Source: an uncultured Duganella sp.
GTDB taxonomy: Bacteria > Pseudomonadota > Gammaproteobacteria > Burkholderiales > Burkholderiaceae_D
Direction of reading: 5' to 3'
NCBI GenBank assembly: GCA_963513825.1
Contig: CAUPRW010000035.1
Span: forward strand, 1,403-65,402
Length of the DNA: 64,000 nt
Below are positions 61,177 through 64,000 of the stretch, one piece after another. The first letter of the stretch is position 1, and every line of letters begins with the position of its first letter. The notes below the pieces were generated by a model. That model made no database searches. It was not told the origin of the DNA and worked only from the letters and a program-made list of their open reading frames with translations. The translations under genes and the position numbers were made by a program.

Positions 61177-61464
61177 TCAGCGGATGTGGATGCACTGGTG
61201 CGCCGGCAGGTCGTGGTACACGTCCTGCTGGTGCAGCGGGATGTACAGGTGGACGCGTTTGCCGCGATGGAAGACGCCGCGCAGCTGCTCGCACACGCTC
61301 CAGACCCGCTCGTAGGAATCGTGGACGTCGATCAGCGCCCACGGATTGTCAATGGCGCCGTCACGCACCATGGTCACGCGCTCGACGTGGAAGAATGGCG
61401 CCAGCCCCTCGGCGACGCTGAGCTCCGTGGCGTCAGCGTTGAGCCCCATCAAGATCACTTGCAT
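61177..61464 (-). CDS. small RRM-like (ferredoxin-fold) hypothetical protein
   Basis: Strong GGAGGAGG SD before ATG 61464; 95 aa. Its beta-alpha-beta-beta-alpha-beta pattern resembles an RRM but lacks canonical RNP aromatic residues. Its stop is 11 nt before the CPBP start. Confidence 0.55.
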   Translation of the reverse strand: MQVILMGLNADATELSVAEGLAPFFHVERVTMVRDGAIDNPWALIDVHDSYERVWSVCEQLRGVFHRGKRVHLYIPLHQQDVYHDLPAHQCIHIR

Positions 61465-61560
61465 GGCACCTCCTCCGTATAGATAACTGAATAATACAGG
61501 AGGAAAGTATTTAAATCACAACGTGTTTGCCGGCCGGGCTTGGCCAACAGCCGCGATTGT

Positions 61561-61642
61561 CGTGGGGCGGATTGGCGCAGCGTAATCCGCCGAGCGCCGT
61601 CGACGGCTCATGGCGGATTACGCTGCGCTAATCCGCCCTACG
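61561..61642. repeat. family-C REP pair in inverted orientation
   Basis: CGTGGGGCGGATTGGCGCAGCGTAATCCGCC, then spacer GAGCGCCGTCGACGGCTCA, then TGGCGGATTACGCTGCGCTAATCCGCCCTACG. Confidence 0.9.
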
Positions 61643-61656
61643 TGACTCCAACCGCC

Positions 61657-62337
61657 TCAGTCGAGGAAGTCGGAGTATTCGCGCTGCGCGTAGCCCTGCA
61701 GCTTCTTCCACGGCGCCTCGGCCACGCCGGCCTGCGCGGTGACGTCCATGCGGCGGTAGAAGGTGCCGGCCTTGTCGCCGCTCTCGATCACCAGCGGAAT
61801 CTGGCGCTGCTCGTCCCACAGCACGCGCTGGTAGACGCCGCCCTCCTCGCGTTCGCGCCAGCGCGCGCCGGCCACGTTGGAGGCGCGCGCGCTCACCGTC
61901 AGGGTCCCGAGCACGCGCGGATCGAGCAGATAAAACGCCCGCTCCCACGAACCGTCGAAATTGACGTTCTCGAATTCGGAAGGCGGAATCGCCACCACCG
62001 CGCGCTCCTTGGCGTCGACGTATTCGACGCGCGGAGTTTTGCCGGCCAGCGTCACGTGGCGCGGCAGCACGATGTGGTTGAAGCCGTGGTGGTGCTCCTC
62101 CTGCGGCGCGGCGCGCGCCGGCAGCACGCGCGCGCTCCACACGTGGCCCGGCCGACGCAGCATTTTTTCCTCGTAGCGCGATTCGCGCGTGACGCCGTCG
62201 GGCGTGACGGTTTTGCTGTAATAGGCGACCGTGAGGTCGAGATCGGGCGCGGCGGCCGGGACGGCCGCCGCCGCGAGGGACTGCGTCGCGGCGGCGCCGG
62301 CGGCGGCCAGCAAAATGGCGTAACGATGAATCTTCAT
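61657..62337 (-). CDS. secreted hypothetical protein
   Basis: 226 aa; signal peptide MKIHRYAILLAAAGAAATQSLA; no recognisable domain. Confidence 0.55.
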   Translation of the reverse strand: MKIHRYAILLAAAGAAATQSLAAAAVPAAAPDLDLTVAYYSKTVTPDGVTRESRYEEKMLRRPGHVWSARVLPARAAPQEEHHHGFNHIVLPRHVTLAGKTPRVEYVDAKERAVVAIPPSEFENVNFDGSWERAFYLLDPRVLGTLTVSARASNVAGARWREREEGGVYQRVLWDEQRQIPLVIESGDKAGTFYRRMDVTAQAGVAEAPWKKLQGYAQREYSDFLD

Positions 62338-62400
62338 GGACTCGATAAAAAAAAGCGCTCAAACCGTCGCTCAAAAAAACGTCGATCGAAGCGCGCAATG

Positions 62401-62427
62401 AAAAAACGCCGGCGCAAGAGGCCGGCG
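62401..62427 (-). terminator. terminator after alkaline phosphatase
   Basis: Reverse strand: CGCCGGC-CTCTTGC-GCCGGCG followed by T6. Confidence 0.75.
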
Positions 62428-62438
62428 CGGTGACGGAC

Positions 62439-63836
62439 TTACAGGCCGAAGGCCGACTTCAACAGGCCGAACACCTTGGTGTTGTCCAGCGTGCCCTTGA
62501 ACGGCTTGGCGCCGGCGCCGGTGGCGAACAGCTTGACGTCGCCGCCGCCGTGGGTTTCGCTCGACAGGCGCACGCCGGTCTCCTGCAGGTAGTTGTCGGC
62601 CAGGACGGTGCTGCTGTCGAGGTCGGCGCGGGTGTTCACGCGGTTCGGGCCGTTGCCGAACACCAGGGTGGTGTAGGTCTTGCCGTCGGCGTCCTTGGCC
62701 GGCTGGCCGTCGCGGTAGCCACGGTTGATGTCGAGGATCGGATTGCCGCGCTTGCCGTAGCCGTTGAACGCCAGCGTGTGGTCGTGGTCGGCGGTGACGA
62801 CGATCAGGGTGTTGGCCAGCGTAGGATCGGTCAATTTGGCCTTGGCCAGCGCCGCCTTGATGGCGTCGTCGAAGGCGATGGTGTCCGACAGCGCGCGCTT
62901 GGCGTTGGTGCCGTGCAGCGCGTGGTCGATGCGGCCGCCCTCGACCATCAGGAAGTAGCCGTTGCCGTTCTGCGCCAGCAGGTCCATCGCCTTGACGGTC
63001 ATCTCGGCTAGGCTCGGCTGCGACGCGCCCTCGCCCAGCGGCGGCGTGGCGGTGCGGTCGAGTTCATATTCCAGGTGGCTCTTGCTGCTGTAGAGGCCAA
63101 TGAATTTCTTGCCGGTGGCGGCGTTCATCTCGGTCTTGTTGCCGGCCACGGTGTAGCCCTTGGCCTGCAGCTCGGTCAGCAGGTTGCGGCCGTCGGCGCG
63201 GCCGGTGGTGTTGCCCGCGCCGAAAGGCGTGAAGTGGTTGCGCCCGCCGCCCATCAGCACGTCGACGCCGTCGCCCAGCGCGCTGTTGAAACCCGCGCCG
63301 CCCGGCACCAGCTGCGCGGCGATGTGGTACTGCGCGTTGCGGTTGCAGATGTGCGAAAAGGTCGCCGCCGGGGTCGCGTGGGTCAGTTCGGTGGTGGTGA
63401 TGGCGCCGACCGCCTTGCCCTTGGCCTTGGCCAGTTCCAGGATCGTCGTGGCCGGCGTGCCGTTGCCGGCCGCGCAGTTGTTCACGCCGAGGTTGCCGTT
63501 GGCGTCGCGGCCCGGGTTGGTGGCGACGGTCTCGGGCGACATCGAGATGACCTCGTTGTTCATCTTCACGCCGGTCATGTAGGCGGCCATCGACGGCGCG
63601 CTGTCGGTGGTCTGGGCGTCGGCCGAGAAGGTCTTGATGCGGGCCGTGCGCTCGAGCGTGTCCATGGTCAGGCTGCCGTCCTCGCCATACTTGTAGATGC
63701 GCGCGGCGGTGACGGTGGTCGGGCCCATGCCGTCGCCGAGGAAGAAGATGATGTTCTTGGCTTCGCCGGCGGCGTGGGCCGCCTGGACGCCGGCTACGGT
63801 CAGGGCCAGTGCGGCCGCGATTTTGGTGAGTTTCAT
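62439..63836 (-). CDS. alkaline phosphatase (PhoA family)
   Basis: In-frame ATG 63836 (MKLTKIAAALALTVAGVQAAHA). Active-site region FFLGDGMGPTTVTAARIY plus TADHDH and ETHGG metal-site motifs. Confidence 0.9.
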   Translation of the reverse strand: MKLTKIAAALALTVAGVQAAHAAGEAKNIIFFLGDGMGPTTVTAARIYKYGEDGSLTMDTLERTARIKTFSADAQTTDSAPSMAAYMTGVKMNNEVISMSPETVATNPGRDANGNLGVNNCAAGNGTPATTILELAKAKGKAVGAITTTELTHATPAATFSHICNRNAQYHIAAQLVPGGAGFNSALGDGVDVLMGGGRNHFTPFGAGNTTGRADGRNLLTELQAKGYTVAGNKTEMNAATGKKFIGLYSSKSHLEYELDRTATPPLGEGASQPSLAEMTVKAMDLLAQNGNGYFLMVEGGRIDHALHGTNAKRALSDTIAFDDAIKAALAKAKLTDPTLANTLIVVTADHDHTLAFNGYGKRGNPILDINRGYRDGQPAKDADGKTYTTLVFGNGPNRVNTRADLDSSTVLADNYLQETGVRLSSETHGGGDVKLFATGAGAKPFKGTLDNTKVFGLLKSAFGL

Positions 63837-63867
63837 GAGTGGTATCCGTTCAGTGTTCTGTTGTGCT

Positions 63868-64000
63868 TCACAGGCCGGCGGCGGCCTTGACCAGGCTGTA
63901 GACCTTGGTGTTGTCGATGGTGCCGGTGAAGGTCTCGGCGCCCTTGCCGGTGGCGGCCAGGAACACATCGGCGCCGCCGTGGGTCTCGCCGCCGGCCGGC
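63868..64000 (-). CDS. alkaline phosphatase paralog, C-terminal fragment (continues beyond window end)
   Basis: Reverse translation gives ...GETHGGADVFLAATGKGAETFTGTIDNTKVYSLVKAAAGL*. This parallels the C-terminus of the adjacent PhoA (...ETHGGGDVKLFATGAGAKPFKGTLDNTKVFGLLKSAFGL*). Confidence 0.75.
   Translation of the reverse strand, partial: PAGGETHGGADVFLAATGKGAETFTGTIDNTKVYSLVKAAAGL

Overview
High-GC (by eye about 65%) chromosomal segment with betaproteobacterial gene content and order. It looks Oxalobacteraceae-like (Massilia, Duganella or Janthinobacterium type), which I infer from synteny and repeat types, not from any search. Most of the window is housekeeping. Nitrogen assimilation: glnE, and DUF4124-ntrB-ntrC downstream of glnA, with a textbook sigma-54/NtrC control region. 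Central carbon: gap, tkt. Also rplU-rpmA-obg-proB, ispB, nth, rsmE, fdxA plus a ferredoxin-NADP reductase, corA, HU and an FKBP isomerase. Accessory-looking content: four TonB-dependent receptors (three are about 970-aa paralogs), a class C beta-lactamase, a PHA-turnover neighbourhood (phaZ, PHA-system protein, acyl-CoA-binding protein), benE plus an aromatic-acid MFS transporter, and two tandem alkaline phosphatases. There are also several secreted or membrane proteins of unknown function. I found no tRNA, rRNA, CRISPR array, transposase, integrase, or recognisable phage, toxin-antitoxin or defence genes. I therefore cannot point to a clear new multi-gene system. The most unusual signals are non-genic or poorly characterised: (1) an 85-89 bp hairpin element family, plus a diverged 62-bp perfect palindrome, that sits exactly on gene boundaries and supplies start or stop codons; (2) mosaic intergenic repeats built around a 28-bp perfect palindrome flanked by 35-bp and 41-bp tandem arrays; (3) a classic REP family that brackets ampC; (4) a tightly coupled five-gene envelope or lipid-modification-like operon of unknown role; (5) an orphan membrane-anchored TAXI-type binding protein next to an atypical 1092-aa class A PBP; (6) a small RRM-like protein coupled to a CPBP protease. 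Many long ORFs in the track are antisense or out-of-frame artefacts of the high GC content.
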